From the IMG/VR virus record IMGVR_UViG_3300019487_000004, positions 1-64,000 of that record: DNA of 64,000 nucleotides; one strand, 5' to 3'. Below, in pieces: positions 40,732 to 49,761 of this stretch. This stretch comes from a virus. Below the pieces are notes generated by a model. That model was not told where the DNA came from and did no database searches. It worked only from the letters and a program-made list of their open reading frames with translations. Within the stretch, counting starts at the first letter, position 1. Each line of letters starts with the position of its first letter. The translations under genes and the position numbers were made by a program.

Positions 40732-41208
40732 CTATCGAAACTTGTGATCTTCGTCGTGCCCCATCGGCAAGCGGCAGCGTGCGCCGTCGGGGATTGCGTT
40801 CGGTGGCACGAGTAGCCCGGCGCGCCACCGAGCACGGCAGCGTGGCTGGCCTACCTCGCGGTGACATTCACCGCACACACCAGGCCCACGCGACCCGAGG
40901 CACTCGCTCGGCAGCGGCGCACCTTCCACACGTGCTCGCAGCGAGATGTCCTTGTGCGGGTGATCGGGCGCGAGGTTCTGATGTGGATCGTCTTGCAGCT
41001 CTTTGGGCAAGCTCCATGTGAAGTCACACACCGAGCAGCGAAGCGTGATGAGCGAGTCGTCGAATTCTTCCCACGCTCGGCACAGCTCGGCATATTCCTT
41101 CGTACCGCGCAGCTTGAGGCCTGCTTTCGTGCCGAGCATGTCGAGGTTGCGGAACGCTTGCACCGCGTCAGCGAGCCGCTGTGCGGCGCGAGCTTTGAAC
41201 TGTGTCAC
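40732..41208 (-). CDS. hypothetical protein (158 aa), Cys/His-rich C-terminus
   Basis: Track ORF. Confidence 0.5.
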   Translation of the reverse strand: MTQFKARAAQRLADAVQAFRNLDMLGTKAGLKLRGTKEYAELCRAWEEFDDSLITLRCSVCDFTWSLPKELQDDPHQNLAPDHPHKDISLRARVEGAPLPSECLGSRGPGVCGECHREVGQPRCRARWRAGLLVPPNAIPDGARCRLPMGHDEDHKFR

Positions 41209-41465
41209 TTACTGCGCTCCGCACGATAGCGGGCCACATCGATCGTGCCGTCACGATTCACGTAGCCCTGCAGCTCCGCGATCTTCTCGTCAGGTGGACG
41301 CGCGATCACCTTGCAGCGGACTTCGTGGCCGTACACGTGCCCGAAGTGATGGGTCATGATGTGGTGCATCTTCTCGTCGGTGAGATCGAAGCCATCTTGA
41401 ACCCACAATTCGTCCATTTCGATTTCGACGGCCCAGCGCTGAAACTTCCCTGTCGATTGCGCCAT
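41205..41465 (-). CDS. hypothetical protein (86 aa)
   Basis: Start trimmed to the ATG after AAGGAGG. Confidence 0.55.
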   Translation of the reverse strand: MAQSTGKFQRWAVEIEMDELWVQDGFDLTDEKMHHIMTHHFGHVYGHEVRCKVIARPPDEKIAELQGYVNRDGTIDVARYRAERSK

Positions 41466-41551
41466 AGGCGCCTCCTTGTGAAAGACCTTGGAATGGAGTG
41501 CGCAGCAACGCGATGCCTTACATGGCCCAGCCCTGCCGCACGTCACGCAGC
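41466..41551. repeat. intergenic repeat unit R6
   Basis: GTGAAAGACCTTGGAATGGAGTGCGC followed by GCGATGCC and TAGCG words. Confidence 0.5.
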
Positions 41552-41917
41552 CTAGCGATGTCGATATGCGTCGAGCAGCGCCTTTGCAGAATCGAGATAG
41601 CAATCGTCGGCACCCTTCAAGACCCAGCACGCGTCAGCGTCCTTGAGCGTCACCGCGGGCGGTGTGCCGAAGCAGAGCCTAAGCAGGCTCTCGTCGAAGT
41701 GGTGGTACGCCATACGCTCGTGCAAGTCGAAGCGGTTGCTCGGCGAGCGCACGATCGCTTCGAGGTCCCACTGAAGGCGCTCGCAGACGTCACGCTGCGT
41801 TTTCGCCATCAATTCCATCGTGCGTAGCTGCGTGTTGCCGAAGCTGACCGCGACTGCGACGCAGACAGCGGCGAGCATGACCACCGCGATGAGCACGGCG
41901 TAGATCGGTTTGATCAT
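41552..41917 (-). CDS. N-terminally membrane-anchored protein (121 aa)
   Basis: Track ORF; hydrophobic first 25 aa. Confidence 0.55.
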   Translation of the reverse strand: MIKPIYAVLIAVVMLAAVCVAVAVSFGNTQLRTMELMAKTQRDVCERLQWDLEAIVRSPSNRFDLHERMAYHHFDESLLRLCFGTPPAVTLKDADACWVLKGADDCYLDSAKALLDAYRHR

Positions 41918-43248
41918 GGTTTCTTGTCCGGGATGAGGCCCATCGCGCGAGCCATCTGCTCGTCCGCTGGGCTGAACTGTGATTGCTTGTTGTCGTCGAA
42001 TACCGAGCCTGCAGGCAATCCGGGCGCGGGCGGCTCCTTGAACTGTGCGAATGGCGACGTTTGCGCATAGCGCGCGTTGTTCGTCACCATCGCGCCGCCT
42101 CGCATCTGGGCCCGCATGACGGAGATGTTGACGCCTTGCTGCTTGAGCATCGAGACGTAGCCATCATCGATGACCGGCGCTGCGCCATAGCGCGCCTCGC
42201 TCGCTGCGACCGCAATGCTCGCGAACTCGTCGGGCACAGGCTTCGATAGCTTCGCCTCGCCGTGCGAGACCATGCCCTTGCCCATGTAGTCGGACAGCTT
42301 CGTCGTGTACCACGGCGTCTGCTTGCCCATGATGTCCTCGACGAGTACGACACGCGTCTCGGTTTCGAGGTGACCCTCGACAAGCTGCGTGCGCTTCTCG
42401 CCGATATCGGGCACGCCCGAGTCCATGAACCGCTTGAGCTTGGCCTTCAGCTCCTTCACGTACACACCCGTCGAATGGTGATCGGGATCGAACGACTCGT
42501 AGGCCAGCACCAGATCGGCGTCGGACGCGCCCGCGATCAGGCCCGTGAGCAGCCGCTCGAAGCCCGCATCGCAGTTGTCACGAAGCCCGTCGAGAAAGCT
42601 CGTCTGCACGGTCGTGTGCTGCTCGGCATCGTGATTCTGCAGCTTCTTGCCGAGGCTCTTGGCTTGCGGCGTTGCTACACCGAGAAACGCCGAGCGCGAT
42701 GCTGCATCGATGGCTCCAGGCGTCACTGCATGCAGCGCGGACATCGCGCGAAGCTGCCACACGCTGTCTTCGACGCCGGTCATCGCATTGTAGAAGCCGA
42801 TATCGTTGAGCTTCGATATGCCCGCAGCACGGAGGCCCTTGAGCATCGCGCCGACGGTGACCATGAGGTGGCCACCGATGAGATCGAGCACCATACTCGT
42901 GACCCACCCGAGGTCATCGGGCTTCTTGACCAGCTCGGCTACCTTGAGATCCGCAAGCGCGCCTTTGTAGTTCTCGCCGGCTTTGCCGACGCGGAACATG
43001 ATCCACTGCTCCAAGCGCTGCCGCTGCTTGTCGACGAGGAAGCATTCACTTGCGGCTGGGTTCGCCTCGCAGCTCGGTCCGCTGTCGATCGCCGCGTTGC
43101 CGACAGCAACCGACGGCTGGCTGCCATACGTCTGCTGCACGAGTGTTTGCTTGCCCGGTGTCGGCTCCGTCTGCCCGATGTCGGGTGCCGACGCGATTTG
43201 CCCGGCCTGAACGAGCGTGCGTTTGCCTGGCGCGAATTCGTTACCCAT
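41914..43248 (-). CDS. large hypothetical protein with duplicated N-terminal PGK(R/Q)TLVQ motif
   Basis: Start trimmed to the ATG overlapping the upstream stop. PGKRTLVQ and PGKQTLVQ lie within the first 45 aa. Confidence 0.55.
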   Translation of the reverse strand: MGNEFAPGKRTLVQAGQIASAPDIGQTEPTPGKQTLVQQTYGSQPSVAVGNAAIDSGPSCEANPAASECFLVDKQRQRLEQWIMFRVGKAGENYKGALADLKVAELVKKPDDLGWVTSMVLDLIGGHLMVTVGAMLKGLRAAGISKLNDIGFYNAMTGVEDSVWQLRAMSALHAVTPGAIDAASRSAFLGVATPQAKSLGKKLQNHDAEQHTTVQTSFLDGLRDNCDAGFERLLTGLIAGASDADLVLAYESFDPDHHSTGVYVKELKAKLKRFMDSGVPDIGEKRTQLVEGHLETETRVVLVEDIMGKQTPWYTTKLSDYMGKGMVSHGEAKLSKPVPDEFASIAVAASEARYGAAPVIDDGYVSMLKQQGVNISVMRAQMRGGAMVTNNARYAQTSPFAQFKEPPAPGLPAGSVFDDNKQSQFSPADEQMARAMGLIPDKKP

Positions 43249-43682
43249 CACAGCACCTCCGCGAGCCCTTCCCACTTCTCGGCGCAGGCGTTGTTGCCCT
43301 CGCGAAGAATGACGGAGAAGTCGACTCGAACCTTGCCCTTATAGATCAGCTTGCGTAGCACCGTGATCGCCACGGTCATGTTGTCGCCACGCGGAAAGAA
43401 CCCGACGAACACATCGCCGGTAACGACGCGCTCGGCGTAGATCTGTGCGTCACCGACCGCAGCGAGCATCCGCTCCTGATCGATCGCGACGTACGGCGCT
43501 CGCCCGAGCAGCTCGATCGCTTTGAGGCGCACATCCTTGCCACACGGCGCCTTGAGCTTGACGAAGTCGCCCCATGAACTGTGCAGCTTCATACGAAGCT
43601 TCTGGCGCTCAGCTTCCTGCGCGCTCGCATGATCGAAGATCGCGAGTAGCGCGAAGCACGCCAGCACGAGAGTGTGCCGCAT
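43248..43682 (-). CDS. secreted protein (signal peptide)
   Basis: ATG after GGAGGGG. MRHTLVLACFALLAIFDHASAQ looks like a Sec signal. Confidence 0.55.
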   Translation of the reverse strand: MRHTLVLACFALLAIFDHASAQEAERQKLRMKLHSSWGDFVKLKAPCGKDVRLKAIELLGRAPYVAIDQERMLAAVGDAQIYAERVVTGDVFVGFFPRGDNMTVAITVLRKLIYKGKVRVDFSVILREGNNACAEKWEGLAEVL

Positions 43683-43690
43683 GACCCCTC

Positions 43691-44098
43691 CTAGGGTGGT
43701 TTGCCGCCGACGCGCAGGATCGATTCCAGCTCGTCGAACATGTGCCGATACTGGCCAACCTTCATCTCGTCGATCACGCGATCGAAGTCCGCGCCCGTGT
43801 GGTGGCGCAGCCAATCGTCGAGAATGAATCGAGCGAGACCTGCGAGATCGACGTCGCCTGTGTGAAGCTTCGGCCGCTCGGGAACGGCCACACGGCTCGG
43901 TACCGGCTTGGGCTTCTCGTCGAGCGCCTTCAGTACAGCAGGTGCATTGAGGATATTGATCAGGCAGCCAAGGCAGAACCGGATCGTCTGCGTTGCCATG
44001 GAGCCAAGTCGGATCGTGAGATCAGACGGGCGATGGCAGTGGCTGCAACTGCCGTCGCTCGGGTTCGAGCGCCACACCTCGATATGTTTGGTGCTCAT
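43691..44098 (-). CDS. hypothetical protein (135 aa)
   Basis: Track ORF; CxxC..C..C near the N-terminus. Confidence 0.55.
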   Translation of the reverse strand: MSTKHIEVWRSNPSDGSCSHCHRPSDLTIRLGSMATQTIRFCLGCLINILNAPAVLKALDEKPKPVPSRVAVPERPKLHTGDVDLAGLARFILDDWLRHHTGADFDRVIDEMKVGQYRHMFDELESILRVGGKPP

Positions 44099-44778
44099 GG
44101 CTCATCTTCGATACGTGGATGGGCGCACGGACCGTTGTGCGGTACGGGACGCGTGGCGAGCGCCTTCTCACCGGCAGCGATGAGGCGATGCATCGCGAAC
44201 GCTTCGATCTCGGCCTTCGCAGCGGTGACCACACGCGTCGTCGCACGATCGAACTGGTTTATGATGAATGGCAGATTCGACGTGACCTGACCAAGAATCA
44301 CGTCGAGCGCGATGCGAATCGCCTGCTTCGATTTCTCGGGCAGCTTCGCCGTCAGCTTCTCGATCTCCGCGCGACGCTCGGTCATCGTCGCAACCATGTC
44401 CTCGGTCTCGGCCTTGAAGTTGCTCTTGATCTGCTCGACCTCGGTTTCGAGATCGGGCGGATCCTCGACGCGCTTGCCTTCGAGATGACGCACCGTACAA
44501 GGCACTCCGCTAGCGTGGTTGAGCGTCGTGATCGCCTCGGCGAACTGTGCTGCCGACATCTCGACCTCGATGTGCGGACGCAGCGAGCCGTGGAACCAAT
44601 CTTGGTTGAGATGGTGCGTCCACTTCGACGGTGCGATCTCCAGGCGAATCGATGCATGGTGATCCCGCAGCGAGCTGCCATAGAGACGGCCGATGTTGCC
44701 ACTCACGCGCGAGATGCGAACGCAGCCGTACGACGGGTGCTCGCGGTCGAATTCGAGTTGTGCGTTCTTCTTGGTCAT
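44095..44778 (-). CDS. hypothetical protein (227 aa)
   Basis: Track ORF; ATGA overlaps. Confidence 0.55.
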   Translation of the reverse strand: MTKKNAQLEFDREHPSYGCVRISRVSGNIGRLYGSSLRDHHASIRLEIAPSKWTHHLNQDWFHGSLRPHIEVEMSAAQFAEAITTLNHASGVPCTVRHLEGKRVEDPPDLETEVEQIKSNFKAETEDMVATMTERRAEIEKLTAKLPEKSKQAIRIALDVILGQVTSNLPFIINQFDRATTRVVTAAKAEIEAFAMHRLIAAGEKALATRPVPHNGPCAHPRIEDEP

Positions 44779-45311
44779 CGTTTCGTCCTTACTGCAGTCT
44801 TGTCGTCGCGACGACGCGGCTCTTTGCGACGCGTCGGTGTGCGGGCTTCGCGGCCCGTCATTGGTGTCGACGCGAGCACGGGTCCTGACCGATGGCCAAG
44901 ATCCAGCTCGCGACGATCAGCCTCGCTACGGATCTCGTAGCTGTCGTCGGATTCCCACGAGCGCACCTGCGCGTTTTCGTGATGGGTGATGAATTCGTGT
45001 GGCGACGAGAACACGAGATCGTGGTCGGACTTCATGCGCGGGAACCCCGGGTCACGCGGTAGCTTCGCCATGTTCGCCGACATGATCAGCGAGCCTGCGC
45101 AGATCGACCCGATGCGCTGGCCTTCCCACTTCTTGAGCCAGTTCTTGTCCTCATAGTCGATCGTGAGATGACAAGGGAGCGGTCGTTCGAGGCTGATCTC
45201 GATCACGAAGCTCTGCGGCGTGCCGCGACCAAGCCAACCCGGCATCGCCTTGCGGCGGAACGGGCATTCCTTGCAGGGCTTGTCACAAGCTGGGCGGTAC
45301 GACGCGGGCAT
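44775..45311 (-). CDS. Cys-rich hypothetical protein
   Basis: Start trimmed to MPASYRPACDKPCKECPFRR. Confidence 0.5.
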   Translation of the reverse strand: MPASYRPACDKPCKECPFRRKAMPGWLGRGTPQSFVIEISLERPLPCHLTIDYEDKNWLKKWEGQRIGSICAGSLIMSANMAKLPRDPGFPRMKSDHDLVFSSPHEFITHHENAQVRSWESDDSYEIRSEADRRELDLGHRSGPVLASTPMTGREARTPTRRKEPRRRDDKTAVRTKR

Positions 45312-45537
45312 GCGGTGTTGCTTCCTCCACAAGTTGTTTGCGGCGCTGTGCGAAGCAATCCTCGATGGCGTCTGCTTCGGTTTGTCCGTGCCCAAAGAGC
45401 ACCCTGCCGTCGACGCACGTCGTGGCGAGGCGGCCTCCGGTAATGCGGTCGGTGACGACCGTTAGGCTCTCGATCCCGAGAGCACTACGTTGGACAGCAA
45501 GTTGACCAATAGTCGTACTGCTGGTGATCTGGAGCAT
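45283..45537 (-). CDS. hypothetical protein (84 aa)
   Basis: Start trimmed to the ATG after GAGGACC. Confidence 0.4.
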   Translation of the reverse strand: MLQITSSTTIGQLAVQRSALGIESLTVVTDRITGGRLATTCVDGRVLFGHGQTEADAIEDCFAQRRKQLVEEATPHARVVPPSL

Positions 45538-45594
45538 GGTGGCTGGATGGTCCTCGGGAGTTGGTTTGAGGCGCAAGTTTTTCGTTGTGACGTT

Positions 45595-47124
45595 TCACAA
45601 GTGCTCGATGATGCGCCTCGTGGTGTTCACGACCAGCTGATCGCCTATCTGATATTTCTGCCTCGCGTCCGGCACACGAACGATCGGGAGCCTACGCTCG
45701 CGACCGACCTGCGCGAGATGCGCGGTCTTACCGCCCTCCTCGGTGATCACAGCGGCGGCGTTGGCCGTCGCGTCGAGATACTTCGGATGCAGGTTTGGCA
45801 GCACTACGATCGCGCCACGCGCACCACGCGTATTCGGCTTGCCGTACTCGACGAGCCCGACGGCCGGCTCACCGTCGACGAGCACGTGGACGCCGGTCTC
45901 AGCGCTAAAGCGCTCCTGCTGTAGCCACGCGAGATGCAGCGCCGCCTTCGAGATCGGCGACCCACCGTAGAGGTTCTGATCGCGCGGATCGAAGCCCGCG
46001 CCGATTACCCAGTCGGTGTGGTAGCGGTTGTCGCCGATCATCTTCATGCCGACACGGCTCACCGGCTCCCATGGTGGCTTGAACGCGTCGTACTGCCGCA
46101 TGCGATCAAACGCCCAGTGCAAGAAGGGCGCTCGGGGCACCTTCGTGCTACCGGCCTTCACCGGCTGACGCCCCCAGGCCTTCGCAAGCTCTTCGTCGTT
46201 GTCGTCCTTCTCGTCACCCCACGCGAGGATCAGGAAGTCGTCGCCGGCCTGTTCGAGGATCTTCTTGCGGTAGCTCTCAATCAGCCGTCGGCGGTTCGCT
46301 TCCTCGAAGGCCAGTTCCGCGTCGAAGTCTTCCATGCGATCGACTTGTTGCACACGTGCGATGCGACGCTCCTCGTTGGTGAGGTCGGCGTTGCCGTCCA
46401 GCTCAGCAAGGGCCTGAGCTTCCTCCTCCGCATCGCGCCACTGGTCGTACTCGTTGTCGTCGTCGAGCATCGTGCGCTGTTGCGCGAGTGTCTTACTCGC
46501 ATAGCGCGTGTACCAGAGCGCGTGCCCACGCTCTTCGAGCTGACGGCCAGCGGCGCGCCACTGCTTCACCGCCGCGTGGAAGTCGCGAGGCGGTGTCATC
46601 CAGTGCGGTAGCTCGCCACACGCCTCGAAGATCACGTTGCAGTCGGACTCGGTCGTGCTCGCGAGCGGGGCAATCTCGCCTTCACCGCAGTAGTGCCACT
46701 CGCGGTTGATGAATCCCTGACCAGGCACACGCGAGACCTCGATACGTCGGCTGTTGGTCAAGTCGCGAACGCCATAGCTCGTGACCTCCGCGATCGGGCG
46801 ATACCACTTGTCTTGGTGCTTGATGCGCCCCGCGAACAGCCACGCGATGCGTTCTTGATGGATCTTCGTGACGTTCGGATCTTCGTCGACGAGTTCCATC
46901 TCGTTCTTGCCGACGAGCTTCTTGTCACCTTTGAGAATCGCGAGCGCGACGCTCAACTCCTGACCGGCACCATCGTCGTGGCCGATGAGGCCCGAAGCGA
47001 TCCGCCACGCTGAGCCCGGGTTGTCGTCGAGCAATCGCTCGCGAGCGAGTCGTGTGAAGCCCTCACCGTGGATCGCGAACGAGACCTGCTTGGTCTCGGG
47101 CTCGCGTTTCTTCGCCTTCGGCAT
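45595..47124 (-). CDS. protein with C-terminal PEP-utiliser mobile (swivel phosphohistidine) domain
   Basis: C-terminal ITEEGGKTAHLAQVGRERRLPIVRV resembles the GG.TSH.A..ARE.GIP.V motif. N-terminal ~400 aa unassigned. Start uncertain (47124 or 47148). Confidence 0.55.
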   Translation of the reverse strand: MPKAKKREPETKQVSFAIHGEGFTRLARERLLDDNPGSAWRIASGLIGHDDGAGQELSVALAILKGDKKLVGKNEMELVDEDPNVTKIHQERIAWLFAGRIKHQDKWYRPIAEVTSYGVRDLTNSRRIEVSRVPGQGFINREWHYCGEGEIAPLASTTESDCNVIFEACGELPHWMTPPRDFHAAVKQWRAAGRQLEERGHALWYTRYASKTLAQQRTMLDDDNEYDQWRDAEEEAQALAELDGNADLTNEERRIARVQQVDRMEDFDAELAFEEANRRRLIESYRKKILEQAGDDFLILAWGDEKDDNDEELAKAWGRQPVKAGSTKVPRAPFLHWAFDRMRQYDAFKPPWEPVSRVGMKMIGDNRYHTDWVIGAGFDPRDQNLYGGSPISKAALHLAWLQQERFSAETGVHVLVDGEPAVGLVEYGKPNTRGARGAIVVLPNLHPKYLDATANAAAVITEEGGKTAHLAQVGRERRLPIVRVPDARQKYQIGDQLVVNTTRRIIEHL

Positions 47125-47284
47125 CGTCGTCCTTCGCCCCGCATGCACACGGCAACAGGGTCTTCATGATGATGTTGAGGATGAGGCCGATGCGTTGGCG
47201 CCCGCAGTGCTTGCAGCAAAACGGCACAACGTTGCCGTCGGCATCACGCGTGCTGAGCTTGACCTCGCGTTGCTCGCGCCCCAT
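47063..47284 (-). CDS. possible small zinc-ribbon protein
   Basis: ATG 2 nt after the upstream stop, CCKHC...C.C motif. Overlaps the next gene by ~60 nt, so it is uncertain. Confidence 0.35.
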   Translation of the reverse strand: MGREQREVKLSTRDADGNVVPFCCKHCGRQRIGLILNIIMKTLLPCACGAKDDDAEGEETRARDQAGLVRDPR

Positions 47285-47286
47285 GG

Positions 47287-47613
47287 CTACGGCTCCAGCT
47301 CATCCGGCTCGCTGGTATCACGATGCGTGTCCGGATCGTGCTGGCCCCACGGCATGTCGGGGTTGACGTCGCAGGCGTCGCAGATGTGAACCTTGCAACC
47401 GAAGCAGTACGCACCGCTGCCGACGATCTTCTTGCAGTAGTGGCAGGGCCCCTCGCCGACCTGGTCGGGCTTCAACAGAGGCGCAGCCTTCGCGACGAGC
47501 GGGACCCCCATCGGTGGGGCCGTCCTGCGGGCCCTCACAGGGACCGTCGCGGGGGTCTTCGTGCGGGCCCTCGCGGGGGCCTTCCGGATCTTCGGTTTCG
47601 ACTTACGCGGCAT
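47287..47613 (-). CDS. basic N-terminus / Cys-rich zinc-finger-like protein
   Basis: Track ORF. CHYC...CFGC..HIC..C pattern. Confidence 0.55.
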   Translation of the reverse strand: MPRKSKPKIRKAPARARTKTPATVPVRARRTAPPMGVPLVAKAAPLLKPDQVGEGPCHYCKKIVGSGAYCFGCKVHICDACDVNPDMPWGQHDPDTHRDTSEPDELEP

Positions 47614-47860
47614 AGTAGACCTTCACTGCAGTGGTTGGCGTATCGTCGGGAACGAACCAGAGATAGCGCTCGTCGCGGATGACCCATTTGCCGGGACGCC
47701 GCTTCTGCTGCATGCGATCCTGCGCATCGACCCACTTATCGAGGATGAGGCGCGGGTTGTTGGTCTCCCAGAGATGCTGTGGCCAGAGCGTCGTGCAGCC
47801 CTTCGCGAGGACCTCATCGCACGCTTGGCGGAACGTCATGAACGTGAGGACCTCCATCAC
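47603..47860 (-). CDS. hypothetical protein (85 aa)
   Basis: Track ORF. Confidence 0.55.
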   Translation of the reverse strand: MMEVLTFMTFRQACDEVLAKGCTTLWPQHLWETNNPRLILDKWVDAQDRMQQKRRPGKWVIRDERYLWFVPDDTPTTAVKVYYAA

Positions 47861-48084
47861 GCCCCCTTGGGCTTCGTGAGCAGCTCGCGCACGAGATCGG
47901 TTGCGGCGCGGGACACAGCTTCCGTGAAGCCCGCTTTGTTCGCGAGGACCTCACCGAGGACACGCACCATGAGCTTGCCGTTGTTGTCTTGCATCTCGCG
48001 CATTAGCTCCTGCGCGACGTACTCACGCACGAGCTGATCGACATCGATCACGGAGCTGCCGAAGCGTAGCTCACCGGACTTCAT
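47857..48084 (-). CDS. hypothetical protein (75 aa)
   Basis: Trimmed start overlapping the upstream stop. Confidence 0.5.
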   Translation of the reverse strand: MKSGELRFGSSVIDVDQLVREYVAQELMREMQDNNGKLMVRVLGEVLANKAGFTEAVSRAATDLVRELLTKPKGA

Positions 48085-48434
48085 GGCTTGTCCTTGCGGA
48101 ACGCCTGCTGCAGCTGGCGATGAGCGCGCCAGCACGCGGTGAGTTTCTCGACGGCATCGCGCAGTACGGGGCTCGGAGCGCCGTCGGCGAGCAACACACT
48201 ATCGAGACGTTCAACAACTGCTGTCAGCTCGAAGCCTGTGAGCATCGCGGCCGGCGGCATCGCATCGACGCCGCGCATCGCACGCGCGTAGCGATCCAGC
48301 TCGTCGCGGAACGTCTCGACCTCGTCGACGTTTAGCGGCAGCGCGATGTCGTCCTGAATGAGCAGGATCATCGTCGTGCCCTTCAGCTCTAGCTCGACGC
48401 TGTCGTCGAGCTGCGTCTTGAATTTCGATTTCAT
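48081..48434 (-). CDS. hypothetical protein (117 aa)
   Basis: Track ORF. Confidence 0.55.
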   Translation of the reverse strand: MKSKFKTQLDDSVELELKGTTMILLIQDDIALPLNVDEVETFRDELDRYARAMRGVDAMPPAAMLTGFELTAVVERLDSVLLADGAPSPVLRDAVEKLTACWRAHRQLQQAFRKDKP

Positions 48435-48997
48435 GGTGTCTCCTCCGAGAGATCGTCGCTACCGCCCGACAAAAACTCGTCCAGCTCGGAGTCGTAGTCG
48501 GGAAGCTTCGCGCAGTGGTCACAGACGCAGTACCCCATGTCTTTGTCGCGGTACTTCGACTTGCGCCGGCTGTGGTCGAACAGCGGCTCCTCCTCGGCAC
48601 GCGCGATGATCTTCTTGACCATCTCGCCCCAGCGATCGGCGAGCTTCATCAAGCACTCGCGGATCGTGGGCTCGAACGCGTGGGTGAGCTTGGACGAGCC
48701 ATCGTCGAAGCGAACACCAACGCCGCAATGCTCGATGGATGCGCCTGGATTGCTGACCGCGAAGTGCAGCTGCACGCCCGCGAACATCCCGATCTCCAGC
48801 CACTCGTCCCACATACGCAGGCGCTCGACGTCGGGATCCTGAGAGGCCTGCACATAGCGCGCAGCAGCGTGCAAGAGCAGCCACGCCTTCTGTCGCACGT
48901 CCTTGTCGCTCTCGTGCATCCGTGCGTGCGTTGCGTCGTCGACTGCGGTGCGCAGCGCGGCCCATGCCTTCTCGGGATCGATCAGTTCAGCCTTCAT
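48431..48997 (-). CDS. hypothetical protein (188 aa)
   Basis: Trimmed start overlapping the upstream stop. Confidence 0.55.
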   Translation of the reverse strand: MKAELIDPEKAWAALRTAVDDATHARMHESDKDVRQKAWLLLHAAARYVQASQDPDVERLRMWDEWLEIGMFAGVQLHFAVSNPGASIEHCGVGVRFDDGSSKLTHAFEPTIRECLMKLADRWGEMVKKIIARAEEEPLFDHSRRKSKYRDKDMGYCVCDHCAKLPDYDSELDEFLSGGSDDLSEETP

Positions 48998-49440
48998 CGG
49001 CGTCCTTTCGTCGCGAGGAGCTTCCACGCGAACTCGTTGCCACTCTCAGCCCACCAACGCTTCATCACGTCGTAGGCGGCGCGATCCATCAGCGCATACT
49101 CGGGCACGCCGTCGGGGATGCGACGCTCGGTGACCTCGAAAACGGCTGCGGCGTACGTACGCTGCCACTCGCCGTCGTGCGCGGAATAGTCGATGTCCGC
49201 ACGACGGACACGAGCGGCATGGGCGTACTCGTGCAGGATCGTCGCGAGCGAATCGACCATGTCATCGCACGCCGTGACAATGATCCGCTTCTTGTGCGTC
49301 GAGCATCGACCTGTCGAGTAATCCGCGACGTGGCGCATGCGAACGATCACCTCGTAGTCAGTGACGAGCCCGCGAAACGCCTTGAGGTCGCGCCAGCGGT
49401 CAACCCAGACCGCGACGCCTTGCTTGATCATCGTTGACAT
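48994..49440 (-). CDS. SprT-like / HExxH zinc metallopeptidase domain protein
   Basis: ILHEYAHA HExxH motif in a ~150-aa protein. Confidence 0.5.
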   Translation of the reverse strand: MSTMIKQGVAVWVDRWRDLKAFRGLVTDYEVIVRMRHVADYSTGRCSTHKKRIIVTACDDMVDSLATILHEYAHAARVRRADIDYSAHDGEWQRTYAAAVFEVTERRIPDGVPEYALMDRAAYDVMKRWWAESGNEFAWKLLATKGRR

Positions 49441-49449
49441 ATGACCCCT

Positions 49450-49761
49450 CTATCGTCGTTTCTTCGATCGCTCTAGCTCCAGCTTGAGCAACGCAGCGCG
49501 CTCGCGTGCACCACGCGCTTCGTCACGAGCCCAATCGAGGAACGTCTGAACGACGTTGGTGGGTGCTGTTCGGTGCACCGAGAAGTCAATGCCGCGGTAG
49601 TGTTCGGACCAATCGTGCTCTCGCCCGAGGGCCTCGATCGCCATCACCGCCACCGCGCGTGCTTCACGGCGTGACGCGGTCTCGACGTAGAGCGGCTTCC
49701 ACTGCCACTGGCCTTTGCTGTAGCTCGCCTTCACGCGGTACTTGACCCACCACATCGTCAT
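49450..49761 (-). CDS. hypothetical protein (103 aa)
   Basis: Trimmed start. Confidence 0.5.
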   Translation of the reverse strand: MTMWWVKYRVKASYSKGQWQWKPLYVETASRREARAVAVMAIEALGREHDWSEHYRGIDFSVHRTAPTNVVQTFLDWARDEARGARERAALLKLELERSKKRR

